The position numbers and the translations under genes are program-made. Below are positions 7,574-17,197 of a stretch of 32,000 bases of DNA, in pieces (position 1 is the first letter of the stretch; every line of letters starts with the position of its first letter). The notes under the pieces were generated by a model. It was not told where the DNA came from. It saw only the letters and a program-made list of their open reading frames with translations, and did not search any database. The stretch is from an uncultured Erysipelotrichaceae bacterium (GTDB lineage Bacteria > Bacillota_I > Bacilli_A > Erysipelotrichales > Erysipelotrichaceae): NCBI GenBank assembly GCA_942493105.1, contig OW818668.1, positions 480,001 to 512,000 of the forward strand, read 5' to 3'.

Positions 7574-9464
7574 TTTTAGTTCGGTTGGGTTGATAAGTAG
7601 GGACACATTTGATCAAAGCTTGGATGATGGATTCATCATCAAGATCAACTACAGATTCCAAATGTTTAAGATCTTCTTCAATGGTTTTTGGATCGACCTT
7701 TATTGGAAGTGTGATAAAAATCAATTGATTGGGGGTAGAACTGACTTCTTCTTTGCTTAAGTGAAGCTCTTCATACAGTTTCTCGCCTTGTCTTAAGCCA
7801 ACTTCTTTGATGTCGATATCCACATATGGTTCATAACCAGCCAATCTGATCAAATTTTTCGCAAGATCTAAGATCTTAACCGGTTTACCCATATCTAAGA
7901 CGAAGATTTCTCCGCCTTTGGCGTAAACAGCTGCTTGAAGAACTAAAGAAACCGCTTCAGGAATGGTCATGAAGTAACGGATGATGTCTTTGTGGGTCAA
8001 GGTCAATGGTCCACCTGCTTCGATTTGGCGCTTAAACAAAGGTATGATCGATCCATTAGAACCCAATACATTCCCAAAACGTACAGCCATGAATTTTGTT
8101 TCACAAGAATTGGGATCGATCGATTGAATGATTTGTTCAATGAATCGTTTAGTGGCTCCCATGACATTGGTAGGATTAACTGCTTTATCGGTAGATATGG
8201 TCACAAAACGCTGGACCTTATATTTCTTGGCCACTTCAATCAGATTGACTGAACCAAAGATGTTGTTTTTTACAGCTTCTGAAGGCATATCTTCCATCGT
8301 AGGGACATGTTTATGAGCTGCCGCATGGAAAACCAAGGAGGGCTGATACTTTGCGAATAAGTGCTCTAATTCACTGCGTTCACGCATGTTTACGATCAAA
8401 GGAATCAGTTTGGTTTTATGATCTGGATTCTTTTTCATTAAGAAATCTTGGTGTTGATCATAGATCCCGTTTTCATTGATGTCGATCAAGATCAATATCT
8501 TAGGTTCATAGGCATAGACTTGACGAGCAAGTTCACTGCCGATCGATCCTGCAGCTCCCGTGATCAAAACCACTTGATCATGGATAAATTCATTCAAAGC
8601 TGAATTATCTAAAGTAATCGCATTTCTGCCCAACAGGTCTTCAATATTCAAGTCATGCAGATTGTTTTTGATTCCGCTTGAACTCATCATATCTTGGGTA
8701 GACGATAAGACCTTTACTTTACAGCCTGTGTTATAACATTGCTGAATGATGGCTTTTTGAACTTGTAAAGAGACGCTGGGCATGGCCACATAGATTTGTT
8801 GGATATCGAGTTTTTTGACCAACTCTTCAAGCTTATCTATGGTTCCCATGACTTTGACACCACCGATGCTTTTACCAGTTTTTGTTGGATCATCATCGAT
8901 GAAGCCTAATATTTTGCTCTTATAGATATGATTTGTACTGACTTCTTTGAACAGTAAAGATCCGGCTGCACCAGCTCCAATGATGATCGTATTCAAATCA
9001 TCTGCACTGCCGTTTTTTGATTTGACCGTGACCAGTTGTGTCATTCGTTTATAGAAACGGATGAATTCCAGAAACATGATCAAAAGTAATGCTTGGATCG
9101 GATAGATCCCAAAACGTAAACGAGGAATCAAACCTGTATATGAAATCAAAAAGTAGATGATGGCTCCTAATATGGCAGCGATGATGACCCGGGTAGCTTC
9201 ATAAACAGAAGCTAGGCCTTGGATGGTTTTATCTAACTTAAACACTTTAAACACAATGAGATAGACCAATATAATGATCCAGCTTTGTTGAACCAAAAGC
9301 TGTAGGTAACGTTCTGCGGTAAATCCTAAGAAATCCTTTTGATAAAGCGAAAAATCAAAACGAACCAGAATTGAAAAGAAATAGGCGACAAGCACAGAGA
9401 CAAGATCTGCGATGAGCCCGCTGTTTCTTTTGAGTTGATTGACAAGATCCTTCATTGATTTCAT
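7566..9464 (-). CDS. capD: Polysaccharide biosynthesis protein CapD/PglF/EpsC type (membrane-anchored NDP-sugar 4,6-dehydratase/epimerase)
   Basis: 632 aa. Four N-terminal TM helices, two Rossmann motifs (IIIGAGAAGS and VLITGAAGSIGSEL), and SDR catalytic region FVTISTDKAVNPTNVMGATKR. Confidence 0.9.
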   Translation of the reverse strand: MKSMKDLVNQLKRNSGLIADLVSVLVAYFFSILVRFDFSLYQKDFLGFTAERYLQLLVQQSWIIILVYLIVFKVFKLDKTIQGLASVYEATRVIIAAILGAIIYFLISYTGLIPRLRFGIYPIQALLLIMFLEFIRFYKRMTQLVTVKSKNGSADDLNTIIIGAGAAGSLLFKEVSTNHIYKSKILGFIDDDPTKTGKSIGGVKVMGTIDKLEELVKKLDIQQIYVAMPSVSLQVQKAIIQQCYNTGCKVKVLSSTQDMMSSSGIKNNLHDLNIEDLLGRNAITLDNSALNEFIHDQVVLITGAAGSIGSELARQVYAYEPKILILIDINENGIYDQHQDFLMKKNPDHKTKLIPLIVNMRERSELEHLFAKYQPSLVFHAAAHKHVPTMEDMPSEAVKNNIFGSVNLIEVAKKYKVQRFVTISTDKAVNPTNVMGATKRFIEQIIQSIDPNSCETKFMAVRFGNVLGSNGSIIPLFKRQIEAGGPLTLTHKDIIRYFMTIPEAVSLVLQAAVYAKGGEIFVLDMGKPVKILDLAKNLIRLAGYEPYVDIDIKEVGLRQGEKLYEELHLSKEEVSSTPNQLIFITLPIKVDPKTIEEDLKHLESVVDLDDESIIQALIKCVPTYQPNRTKNV

Positions 9465-10876
9465 TGAGGAATGACCATATTATCCATTAAAGCTTTACGA
9501 GCAGCCAAAATCGATGATGGATCAAGTTTAAGGACATATAGATTTCTGTCATAACCCATGGTCAATGTGCCTTCATAAGCACTTGTGCCTGTTAAATCAA
9601 ATGAACTGAGTTCCCATTTAAAGCTGAGATTTTGAATCTGAGTTCTGGCAATGGCCATAACTTCAGCTGGTAACATGTTGGTATCAATAGAACCTTGAAT
9701 GGCGGTAACGATCGATTCGATCTTGGTCAAAGTCGAAAGTTCGGTTAGTTTAGCGATGATGCCTTTGATGACTTCTTGTTGATTCTTTACACGTTGTAAA
9801 TCGCCCATCAAGAATCCATGACGTTGTCTGGCAAAATACAAAGCTTGGGCGTCATTAAGTTCGATGATGCCTTTGTCATAGTGATATTTCTTACCGCTGA
9901 CATCTTCGGTAAATTCTTGAGCGTTATAAACCGTGATGGTCCCAAGTGCTGCAACGATTTTTCTGAATGAACTAAAATTCATTTGGAGATAATAGTCAAT
10001 GTCGATGTTGAAGACTTTTTCAAGTGTGCCGATAACACAGTTGACCCCTGTTGATTTCAAACCTGCATGGGTCAATTTATCGAGAGTATTGGTTAATCCA
10101 CTGTTTAAATTACAAGTTGGCTTATCCAAAGGTACATAGGAGTCACGAGGGACTGAAACCATCTTGATGGAATGGGTAATGGGATTGACTGTCATGATAA
10201 TATTGACATCATTGCGTCCCTTGGTTTGAAGCTCACCATAAGCATCATTGCCTTCAATATAAACCGTAAAGGCTTCTTTTAAGACATCTTTTTCTGATAC
10301 GATGGGTACCCGTTCAACGGTATTCTTGATGGCCCATATGACTTTTGTTTTATTTAGAAATTCTTCATCGATGGTTAAGATGGTATCGATATATGCTTCA
10401 TCCATGACCAAAACATCGATCGTTCCTTCATAGAGCTGTGTAACACCTTCATAGATGCCTTCAAATGTTCCAAGGGTTTGTTTGTAGCCTTGTTTTTCTA
10501 GCTCTTTTTGGATGACCAAATTGAGTTCAGTTTCAACCAAACTGGATGATGAAATCTTTTTATTGATGGCACTCTTGACGGTCAAGATTGAAGAATTCTT
10601 AAGTGTAAAGAATGAGACAGAGTTGGTTTGCAGCGGATTATAAGTAACCAGTCTAGCGATGATGTTTTCTGAATACAAGAGTCCAAATGAACTGATGATC
10701 ATAAGGATCACCACAAATATCTGGATGACTTTCCTTCTCCAAACCAAAAGCAGAAGTAGGATCTCTACAGCACCAATGACGATCAAATAGGTGACAGGCA
10801 AGATATGGTTACTAAACAACGCAACCAGTAATAAGATCAAAGCTAATGTTTTCATTAATAAACGAACATATTTCAT
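9461..10876 (-). CDS. LytR-CpsA-Psr (LCP) family glycopolymer-peptidoglycan ligase with N-terminal TM region and accessory domain
   Basis: LCP core: RNDVNIIMTVNPITHSIKMVSVPRDSYVPL...DKLTHA...YYLQMNFSSFRKIVAALG...ALYFARQRHG...GDLQRVKNQQEV. Start set at the ATG at 10876, which is preceded by AGAGGA. The track start at 10912 has no RBS. Confidence 0.88.
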   Translation of the reverse strand: MKYVRLLMKTLALILLLVALFSNHILPVTYLIVIGAVEILLLLLVWRRKVIQIFVVILMIISSFGLLYSENIIARLVTYNPLQTNSVSFFTLKNSSILTVKSAINKKISSSSLVETELNLVIQKELEKQGYKQTLGTFEGIYEGVTQLYEGTIDVLVMDEAYIDTILTIDEEFLNKTKVIWAIKNTVERVPIVSEKDVLKEAFTVYIEGNDAYGELQTKGRNDVNIIMTVNPITHSIKMVSVPRDSYVPLDKPTCNLNSGLTNTLDKLTHAGLKSTGVNCVIGTLEKVFNIDIDYYLQMNFSSFRKIVAALGTITVYNAQEFTEDVSGKKYHYDKGIIELNDAQALYFARQRHGFLMGDLQRVKNQQEVIKGIIAKLTELSTLTKIESIVTAIQGSIDTNMLPAEVMAIARTQIQNLSFKWELSSFDLTGTSAYEGTLTMGYDRNLYVLKLDPSSILAARKALMDNMVIPQ

Positions 10877-10957
10877 AGGATTCCTCTTTTTTTGGTTTGG
10901 TAGCCAAAGCATTAACCCATACTCAAATCTTCAAATGTTGACAGGTCAACACCTATT

Positions 10958-11878
10958 TTACACCATTCCCATCAATTTGGTGAGACGATGTTTGATCCCT
11001 GACTTACTAATCGCATTCCCTGTTTCTTCTTCATAGAGCTCACAGAGTTCATTGAGGTTGGCTTCTGGGTTATCAAGACGTAAACGTGCAACAACCGCAT
11101 ATCGTTCATCCAAACGCTCAATAACGCCTCTTTTGATCAATCTTTCAATCACGGCGATTTGTTTAGATGCGGCAGCTTGAGTTTTCATCTCATTGGCGAC
11201 TTCACAGTTATCTAGGCGCGTCAATGAATTATGAAAGTCTCTCTGAATGCGGATCTCTTCAAAATCTAGTACTGCAGAATTAGCACTGACGATCCTTAAA
11301 AAATCTGATATCTTATCTGATGCCTTTAAGTAAGTGACATGCTGATGTCTGCGTAGGATCGTTTTGGCAGGCAAATCAAAGCGTTTCATTAAGAATTCTA
11401 TGAATTGGGCATGTTCTTCCTGTTGAGTCACGATTTCTAAATGATAATTTGATTTTTGGGGAGAATTGACACTGCCTGCCGCTAAGAAAGCTCCAGCCAA
11501 ATAAGATCTTGCGCAACATTCTTTACTGACGATCTTTTTTGCAGGATGAGCTTGAATCCCTTTATCCGTCATCAGTCCTAAATCATTGAGGATCTCTTTG
11601 ACTTTGGTTTTGATTTCTAATTCATAGATGTTGTTTTTCTTCAAGCGTGCTTTCTTTAGCACATTGAGTTCCATTTCAGGGGCATAGCTGTCTTTAAGCA
11701 ACTTAAAAATACGCTTTGCGGTAGAGGCATTTTCAGAATGGATCATGAGTTGAAGCTGTTGTTCATGAATGATCAAAGAGGCATTGAGTTGAATCAATGC
11801 CGATAATTGAGCTTTATGACAGCACACTTTGATGGGCTGTTGGGTGATCTCTGTTTTGACTTCAGTAGTAAAAGACAT
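10958..11878 (-). CDS. whiA: DNA-binding sporulation/cell-division regulator WhiA
   Basis: MSFTTEVKTEI... N-terminus, LAGAFLAAGSVNSP (degenerate LAGLIDADG region) and a C-terminal HTH (ISKSGIKHRL). The track start at 11887 is a TTG. The ATG at 11878 gives the canonical MSF N-terminus. Confidence 0.92.
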   Translation of the reverse strand: MSFTTEVKTEITQQPIKVCCHKAQLSALIQLNASLIIHEQQLQLMIHSENASTAKRIFKLLKDSYAPEMELNVLKKARLKKNNIYELEIKTKVKEILNDLGLMTDKGIQAHPAKKIVSKECCARSYLAGAFLAAGSVNSPQKSNYHLEIVTQQEEHAQFIEFLMKRFDLPAKTILRRHQHVTYLKASDKISDFLRIVSANSAVLDFEEIRIQRDFHNSLTRLDNCEVANEMKTQAAASKQIAVIERLIKRGVIERLDERYAVVARLRLDNPEANLNELCELYEEETGNAISKSGIKHRLTKLMGMV

Positions 11879-11879
11879 A

Positions 11880-12842
11880 TCAATCAAGTTCCTTTATGAT
11901 ATCTGTAATGGCTTTTTGGATGCGTGAAGAATCATGACGTATCAGATCATTTTGATAGGTCAACAGTTTTCTGCGTAATACTTTATAAGGATGAACCTTA
12001 TCTTTGATGATGACTGGGAAAGCATTTTGAGTTGCATATTTTTCTCTTAACTTTTGAGGGATTTCATCACTATACACCAAGACTTCATCAATGGTGATCC
12101 CTGAATGTGTTTCTAGTTTAGATACATGATCTTCCATCGTATAGTTATCTGTTTCACCTTTTTGGGTCATCGCATTACAGAGATAAACTTTCTTCGCCTG
12201 CGTCTTTTGGAGGGCTTTACGGATGTCTGGAATGATGAGGTTAGCACAGATGCTGGTATACAAAGAACCAATCCCAAACACGATCAAATCGGCTTGTTCA
12301 AGAGCCTTGATGGCTTGTTTAGTGGCTTCAACAGGTTCATTATAGAAAACATCTTTGATGATATTTTTAGTTTTAGGAATGTTGTTTTCACCTTTGACAA
12401 TGGTTCCATCTTCCATATGAGCGTATAAAGTAACAACTTGAGTGGTCGAAGGAATGATGTCTCCTTTGACATTGAGCACCTTAGAAATCAAGGTAATGGC
12501 TTCCATAAAGGATCCACTCTTGGTGGTCAGTGCCGTTAAAATAATGTTGCCTAAATTATGGCCGGCTAAATCATTTTCAGTCTGTTCTTCATTGGCTTCA
12601 AATCGATATGACATGAGCTCATTTAAAAGACTTTCACTTTCAGCTAAAGCCAACATGACATTTCGGATATCACCCATCGCTGGGATCTGATACGCTCTTC
12701 TCAGTCTTCCGGTCGATCCGCCATCATCCGCAACCGTCACGATCGTCGATAATTTGATATCAGGAATCTGTTTTAAACCTCTTAAGATAATGGATTGACC
12801 CGTGCCCCCACCAATCACCACCACTTTCTTGTGTGCTGTCAT
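11880..12842 (-). CDS. yvcK: YvcK/GlmR family (CofD-like, UPF0052) gluconeogenesis/cell-shape factor
   Basis: KKVVVIGGGTGQSIILRGLK...VTVADDGGSTGRLR signature. The ATG at 12842 forms an ATGA overlap with the rapZ stop. Confidence 0.92.
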   Translation of the reverse strand: MTAHKKVVVIGGGTGQSIILRGLKQIPDIKLSTIVTVADDGGSTGRLRRAYQIPAMGDIRNVMLALAESESLLNELMSYRFEANEEQTENDLAGHNLGNIILTALTTKSGSFMEAITLISKVLNVKGDIIPSTTQVVTLYAHMEDGTIVKGENNIPKTKNIIKDVFYNEPVEATKQAIKALEQADLIVFGIGSLYTSICANLIIPDIRKALQKTQAKKVYLCNAMTQKGETDNYTMEDHVSKLETHSGITIDEVLVYSDEIPQKLREKYATQNAFPVIIKDKVHPYKVLRRKLLTYQNDLIRHDSSRIQKAITDIIKELD

Positions 12843-13684
12843 TGTAGATCTCTGTGCTCCTTGAAACAATGATATTTCTGTTTGTAAATCTCAAAGAATT
12901 CATCGACCAAGACGACTGAACGATGTTTGCCACCTGTACAGCCAATACCAACTGTAAAATGATTCTTGCCTTCTTTAACATATTCTTTAAAGGCATAATC
13001 TAAGAAACTTTTAAGCTTCTTTATGAAGATCTTTGTTTCTTCTTGTTTCATGACGAAGTCTTTGATGATGGGCTCTTCTCCAGTATATTCACGTAAAGTT
13101 TCATCCCAAAAAGGATTAGGCAAGAACCTCACATCAAATAAAAGATCGGCATCTAAAGGTACCCCATTCTTATAACCAAATGAAACAAAACTGATCGAAA
13201 AAGTTGGTTTTGAATTCAGACTAAACATCTTATTGAGTCGGCTCTTAAGTTCTGTGCCTTTTAGGAAAGTTGTGTCAATGCCTGTAAATGAGGTGTCTTT
13301 TAGTTTCTTTAAGTTTTCTTCTTCATAAGTCAAGGCTTCTTCTAAAGTCGTGACTTTATTGGAGATCAACAATGGATGATTGCGTCGAGTCGACTTATAG
13401 CGCTTCAACAGTTCATCGTGGGATGCTTCCAGAAAAACGACCCGCAGATCAATATCTAATCCACGAAAGGTTGAATAATAACTATCAAAATCTTGAAGGG
13501 TCATAGAAATGACCACATTATCAAAACGCGGATCTGATCCTTTTACGATCAAGTTTCGCAGGTCTTTTAATAAACTGATGGGGAATTGATCGATACAGTG
13601 ATAACCCATATCTTCTAGGACTCCCATGGTGGTCGTCTTACCAGCACCAGAAATCCCAGTCAATAAAATGACGCGTCGTTTCAT
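12839..13684 (-). CDS. rapZ: RNase adapter / nucleotide-binding protein RapZ (YvcJ)
   Basis: Walker A motif LLTGISGAGKTT and C-terminal IGCTGGKHRSV motif. Start set at the ATG at 13684, preceded by GAGGT with an 8-nt spacer. The track start is at 13717. Confidence 0.92.
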   Translation of the reverse strand: MKRRVILLTGISGAGKTTTMGVLEDMGYHCIDQFPISLLKDLRNLIVKGSDPRFDNVVISMTLQDFDSYYSTFRGLDIDLRVVFLEASHDELLKRYKSTRRNHPLLISNKVTTLEEALTYEEENLKKLKDTSFTGIDTTFLKGTELKSRLNKMFSLNSKPTFSISFVSFGYKNGVPLDADLLFDVRFLPNPFWDETLREYTGEEPIIKDFVMKQEETKIFIKKLKSFLDYAFKEYVKEGKNHFTVGIGCTGGKHRSVVLVDEFFEIYKQKYHCFKEHRDLQ

Positions 13685-13870
13685 AGGTCTTACCTCAAAT
13701 TTCATTGTACCACGCATCCTGGTGTTTCACAAGAACCCCCTCTTGTCTTCATGACTCCTGTTACTTTATTATAGCGATGACACTTCAGGTTTACTACACA
13801 CGATGAGTGTGATATCTATACAATGTAAGTGTGTTAATACTTTAATTATTTCAAGAATCAATATTCATTA

Positions 13871-13909
13871 TAAAAAGAGGATAAATCATAAAACACTGAT
13901 TTATCCTCT
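13871..13909 (-). terminator. Rho-independent terminator after rpiR-family gene (left edge of the sugar island)
   Basis: Perfect 13 bp stem: AGAGGATAAATCA (13876-13888) pairs with TGATTTATCCTCT (13897-13909). 8-nt loop, followed on the minus strand by UUUUAU. Confidence 0.85.
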
Positions 13910-13948
13910 ATTGATATGCTGTTAAAACTATTGAGTATGGAGCAGAAT

Positions 13949-14764
13949 CTAGTCAACCATTTTTTCTTGAATCGCTTGGAATGTTTTCTTATTCATTTCC
14001 AATGTACGATCTTCATTCAATAAGGAATACCCAGTTGTCAAAACATCCCCAATAAATATTTGATTAATTTCGCCGACAAGATTACCTCCTGTCAGAGGTG
14101 TGCTTAGCATTGACGTTAGTAAAATGATATCAGCCATTTTCGCTAAGGGAGATTTTTTAAAATTTGTAATTGCTATTACTTTTGAGCCATTCTTTTTTGC
14201 TATGCACACTGCGTGTATAAGGTCTTTTGATCTACCTGTACGACTAAATGCTAAAATTAAATCAGATTCATTTGCAGATACTGAATACATTGCTTGAAAG
14301 TGTGGATCTGATATCCCTTGGCACTTTTTCCCAACTCTGACGAAACGCCTTGCAATGATTTCTGCTGCTAGTCCTGAATCCCCAACTCCATAGCACAATA
14401 GTTTATTTGTTTCATTGATAAGTTTTATTGCAGCGTTTACATTATTTAACTCTAATATTTCAATTGTTCGGCTTATAGTATTCGTTATATTACTTTCTAT
14501 TTGAGTTATAAAACTTTGTCTCTTTATATCAACCCTGTCAACACTCTCAATGTTGATTTGTAATCTTACATCCTGAAAACTGAGAAACCCAATTTTCTTA
14601 CAGAACCTAACAATCGTTGCCTCACCGACACCGACATCTTCAGATATATCAGCTAAGGTTTTTTCCACTATATTATTTCCACATACGATATAGTAGTCAG
14701 CAACCTTTTTTTCACCATTCGTTAAGCTGTCATATTTGCTTTCTATAATGCTGATTACTTTCAT
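13949..14764 (-). CDS. MurR/RpiR family transcriptional regulator (HTH_6 + SIS domain)
   Basis: 271 aa. N-terminal HTH (LADISEDVGVGEATIVRFCKKIGF) and C-terminal SIS phosphosugar-binding domain (CYGVGDSGLAAE...LILAFSRTGRSKD). RBS is AAGGAGA. Confidence 0.9.
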   Translation of the reverse strand: MKVISIIESKYDSLTNGEKKVADYYIVCGNNIVEKTLADISEDVGVGEATIVRFCKKIGFLSFQDVRLQINIESVDRVDIKRQSFITQIESNITNTISRTIEILELNNVNAAIKLINETNKLLCYGVGDSGLAAEIIARRFVRVGKKCQGISDPHFQAMYSVSANESDLILAFSRTGRSKDLIHAVCIAKKNGSKVIAITNFKKSPLAKMADIILLTSMLSTPLTGGNLVGEINQIFIGDVLTTGYSLLNEDRTLEMNKKTFQAIQEKMVD

Positions 14765-14955
14765 ACAATTCTCCTTTTAAGACTCGACATAACGGAGCAT
14801 AAACACATGATGTCAACCCTCCTAGTGTGAGTTTAATTTTCATAAACATTTATTATCATTATTTTAAATCATTATCTGAATTTTTGTGAATAATTTTGAA
14901 AATCGACATAGGTTGAATATGATATTTTATATTAAAATCTTTATCAATTTAAAAA

Positions 14956-15462
14956 CTAACCAACTTTTTTTGTTAAATCGGTTATAAAGTTTACAGGATC
15001 AGCATTTTCAAAAAGTCTTCTTGGTAAACAAATAACATCTTTCTCTACAAATATTAGGAGAATTTTATCTAGTAGAACGAAGTGCTCAATCCCTTTAACA
15101 CTATACTTTTGTTCAAATGATTCACTATTAACACATATATCTTCAGAACCAAAATCAACATATGTGTCAACAAATTTAACTTTTTCTAAAATACTGGTTT
15201 TCATTCGTGAAACTTTGTTTTTTATCACAGCTTTCCAAACTTTTGAATATATCAAAAACCACAAAACTACAGTAATGATCAAGATAATTAACAAATCAAA
15301 GTCTAAGTATATCTTAAAGATGAGAACTAAAAGAATAATCAGCAATGGAACTGATAATCTTAGCCAAATTCTTATGGTTCTCAGTGATCTTGAATTTTCA
15401 AACTGAAAAAATACATGTTCTAAATACTCTTCGGGGGTTAATATAAATTCGAATCTTCTCAT
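14956..15462 (-). CDS. YcxB-like small membrane protein (two TM helices + C-terminal soluble domain), function unknown
   Basis: Two adjacent hydrophobic helices: LSVPLLIILLVLIFKIYL and LLIILIITVVLWFLIY. The overall layout resembles the YcxB family. The ATG at 15462 is preceded by GGAGAGG, whereas the track ATG at 15480 has no RBS. Confidence 0.6.
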   Translation of the reverse strand: MRRFEFILTPEEYLEHVFFQFENSRSLRTIRIWLRLSVPLLIILLVLIFKIYLDFDLLIILIITVVLWFLIYSKVWKAVIKNKVSRMKTSILEKVKFVDTYVDFGSEDICVNSESFEQKYSVKGIEHFVLLDKILLIFVEKDVICLPRRLFENADPVNFITDLTKKVG

Positions 15463-15574
15463 AGTTCGTGCCCTCTCCATATATATTAATTTATATCTTA
15501 TTTATGCCTTTATTTACTTCGTTCATTATATCCTTTAAATTTAGGCATATGCTAAAAGGAAATGTGCAATTAAA

Positions 15575-15614
15575 TTAAAATGAGAAAAGATAAGAATCCA
15601 TCTTATCTTTTCTC
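15575..15614 (-). terminator. Rho-independent terminator after nanE / PTS operon
   Basis: Perfect 14 bp stem: GAGAAAAGATAAGA (15582-15595) pairs with TCTTATCTTTTCTC (15601-15614). 5-nt loop, followed on the minus strand by AUUUUAAUUU. Confidence 0.9.
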
Positions 15615-15621
15615 GGTACAA

Positions 15622-16347
15622 TCAACTATCTTTTGACGAAAACCAACTTGTGTTAAATTTGGTAAATCTTTCCGTAACGAGATGTGGACGTGTTATCGCT
15701 GTTCCGATTGTTACCATATCCGCACCTGCCTCTAACACTTTTTCGAAACCTTCAATATCCCAAATTCTGCCTTCAGCATTTATGGGTAAATTGATTTTTG
15801 ATTTCAATTCTTTGACTAAGTCAATATCAGGCCCTGGTCCTAATACGCTCTTATCATTTTTGAATCTTCTCCCAGATAGAGTAGTTGATATGATATCTAT
15901 CATTCCACTTTCAGCCATTTTAATTCCTTCTTCAAGTGTCGAAATATCTGCCATCAATGCAATATTGGGATAATTCTTCTTTATCTTATTAATCTCAATC
16001 ATAACTTCTTCATAAGATCTGAATTCAAATGAACAATCCATTGCTACAATATCAGCTCCGGCTTCTATAATGCTTATAGCTGATTCATAGGTTGGGGTAA
16101 TAAACACATTATTCTTTTTTCCTGAATCATCCACTAACACTTTATTTATGCCAATAATTGGCAAATCAGTAATTGAACGAATTGCTTCAATATCTTGTTT
16201 CCAACAAGCTCGAATACCGTTTGCTTTTCCGAGAATTGCACATTCTGCCATGATCTTCATGTTTTCTGGACCATATAAAGGTGTGTCCTCGTAAGCTTGG
16301 CATGAAATTATAACGCCATGAAGCAACCTCTCAACACTTTTATTCAT
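15622..16347 (-). CDS. nanE: N-acetylmannosamine-6-phosphate 2-epimerase NanE
   Basis: 241 aa. LHGVIISCQAYEDTPLYGPENMKIMAECAILGKANGIRA...IIGINK...ADIVAMD...MADIST...IISTTLSG follows the NanE TIM-barrel pattern. RBS is AAAGGAGA. Confidence 0.88.
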   Translation of the reverse strand: MNKSVERLLHGVIISCQAYEDTPLYGPENMKIMAECAILGKANGIRACWKQDIEAIRSITDLPIIGINKVLVDDSGKKNNVFITPTYESAISIIEAGADIVAMDCSFEFRSYEEVMIEINKIKKNYPNIALMADISTLEEGIKMAESGMIDIISTTLSGRRFKNDKSVLGPGPDIDLVKELKSKINLPINAEGRIWDIEGFEKVLEAGADMVTIGTAITRPHLVTERFTKFNTSWFSSKDS

Positions 16348-16359
16348 AAATTTCTCCTT

Positions 16360-17196
16360 TTAAGAAACTACTCCTACAATCTTTGTAAAATAACCAATAA
16401 TCGAAATAATTAGGAATAATAACATAATTTTCGTTACTTTCCACTTTTTGGTTTTCAACAAATAAAGCGTTAAAAACGCCATGCCTAGTACTGGTAGTTT
16501 TGGCATAATAGCATCTAGCATAGTCTGCAATTTAATGGTTAAATCACCAGATTTGAAGACAAAACCACTTTCAAGTTTTGAATACTGTGCACTAATATAT
16601 CCGACTACTGTTAAGCCAACAATATCAATAGCATTTGTAACCTTATCTTTTAATCCACCAGCTAAAATCATTTCTGCTGCCTTAGCACCCAGGCTTACAC
16701 CTGATGAGAATAGGAACCAAGTTAAAGGTAGCATGATTCCAAGGAACACAACGACGTAGAATATAGGACCAACGACTGAGCCGTCGGTTGATAAGCCTAA
16801 AGCAATCGCTAATAATATTGGAATTAAGGTTCCAGGAAGCAACGAATCACCGATACCAGCAAACGGACCCATCAAAGCTGCTTTAATGCCTGTGATCAAA
16901 TCATCTGGAACATCTCCGCCTTTTGCTTTTTCTTTTTCCATACCAAGCACGATACCAGGAACAATTGCTCCTAAGTAAGGTTCAGTATTGAAGAAATTTG
17001 TGTGTCTTTGTAGTAATGCTTTTTGTCCAGCGGGATCATTTGGATATAATTCTTCTCTTACTGATGCAAGCATCTTTATGATTGATGGTCCTTGCATGCG
17101 TTCCTGATTCTGAACAGTAAGATTCCACTGCATCCATGATAGATATGCTTTTATAGCGCCTTTACGTGATAGAGTACTATCTCCTTTGTATGCCAT
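16360..17196 (-). CDS. PTS mannose/fructose/sorbose family EIID component
   Basis: SWMQWNLTVQNQERMQGPSIIKML and the multi-TM C-terminus are typical of EIID. The ATG at 17196 is preceded by AGGAGG. The track extension to 17241 overlaps EIIC. Confidence 0.9.
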   Translation of the reverse strand: MAYKGDSTLSRKGAIKAYLSWMQWNLTVQNQERMQGPSIIKMLASVREELYPNDPAGQKALLQRHTNFFNTEPYLGAIVPGIVLGMEKEKAKGGDVPDDLITGIKAALMGPFAGIGDSLLPGTLIPILLAIALGLSTDGSVVGPIFYVVVFLGIMLPLTWFLFSSGVSLGAKAAEMILAGGLKDKVTNAIDIVGLTVVGYISAQYSKLESGFVFKSGDLTIKLQTMLDAIMPKLPVLGMAFLTLYLLKTKKWKVTKIMLLFLIISIIGYFTKIVGVVS

Positions 17197-17197
17197 A

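Noticed and set aside
10937-10950. GTTGAC-AG-GTCAAC palindrome between whiA and the LCP gene as a terminator
   Set aside because: The 2-nt loop is sterically too small, the effective stem is only ~4-5 bp, and the U-tract is poor. It more likely overlaps a TTGAC(C/A) -35-like element for the downstream operon, which I also cannot support firmly.
13718-13870. Possible small ORF (MKTRGGSCETPGCVVQ) or leader element upstream of rapZ
   Set aside because: Its AGGAG is only 2 nt from the ATG, the peptide has no recognisable features, and the region is adequately explained as the rapZ-yvcK-whiA promoter/5'-UTR (TATAAT at 13768-13773 on the minus strand).
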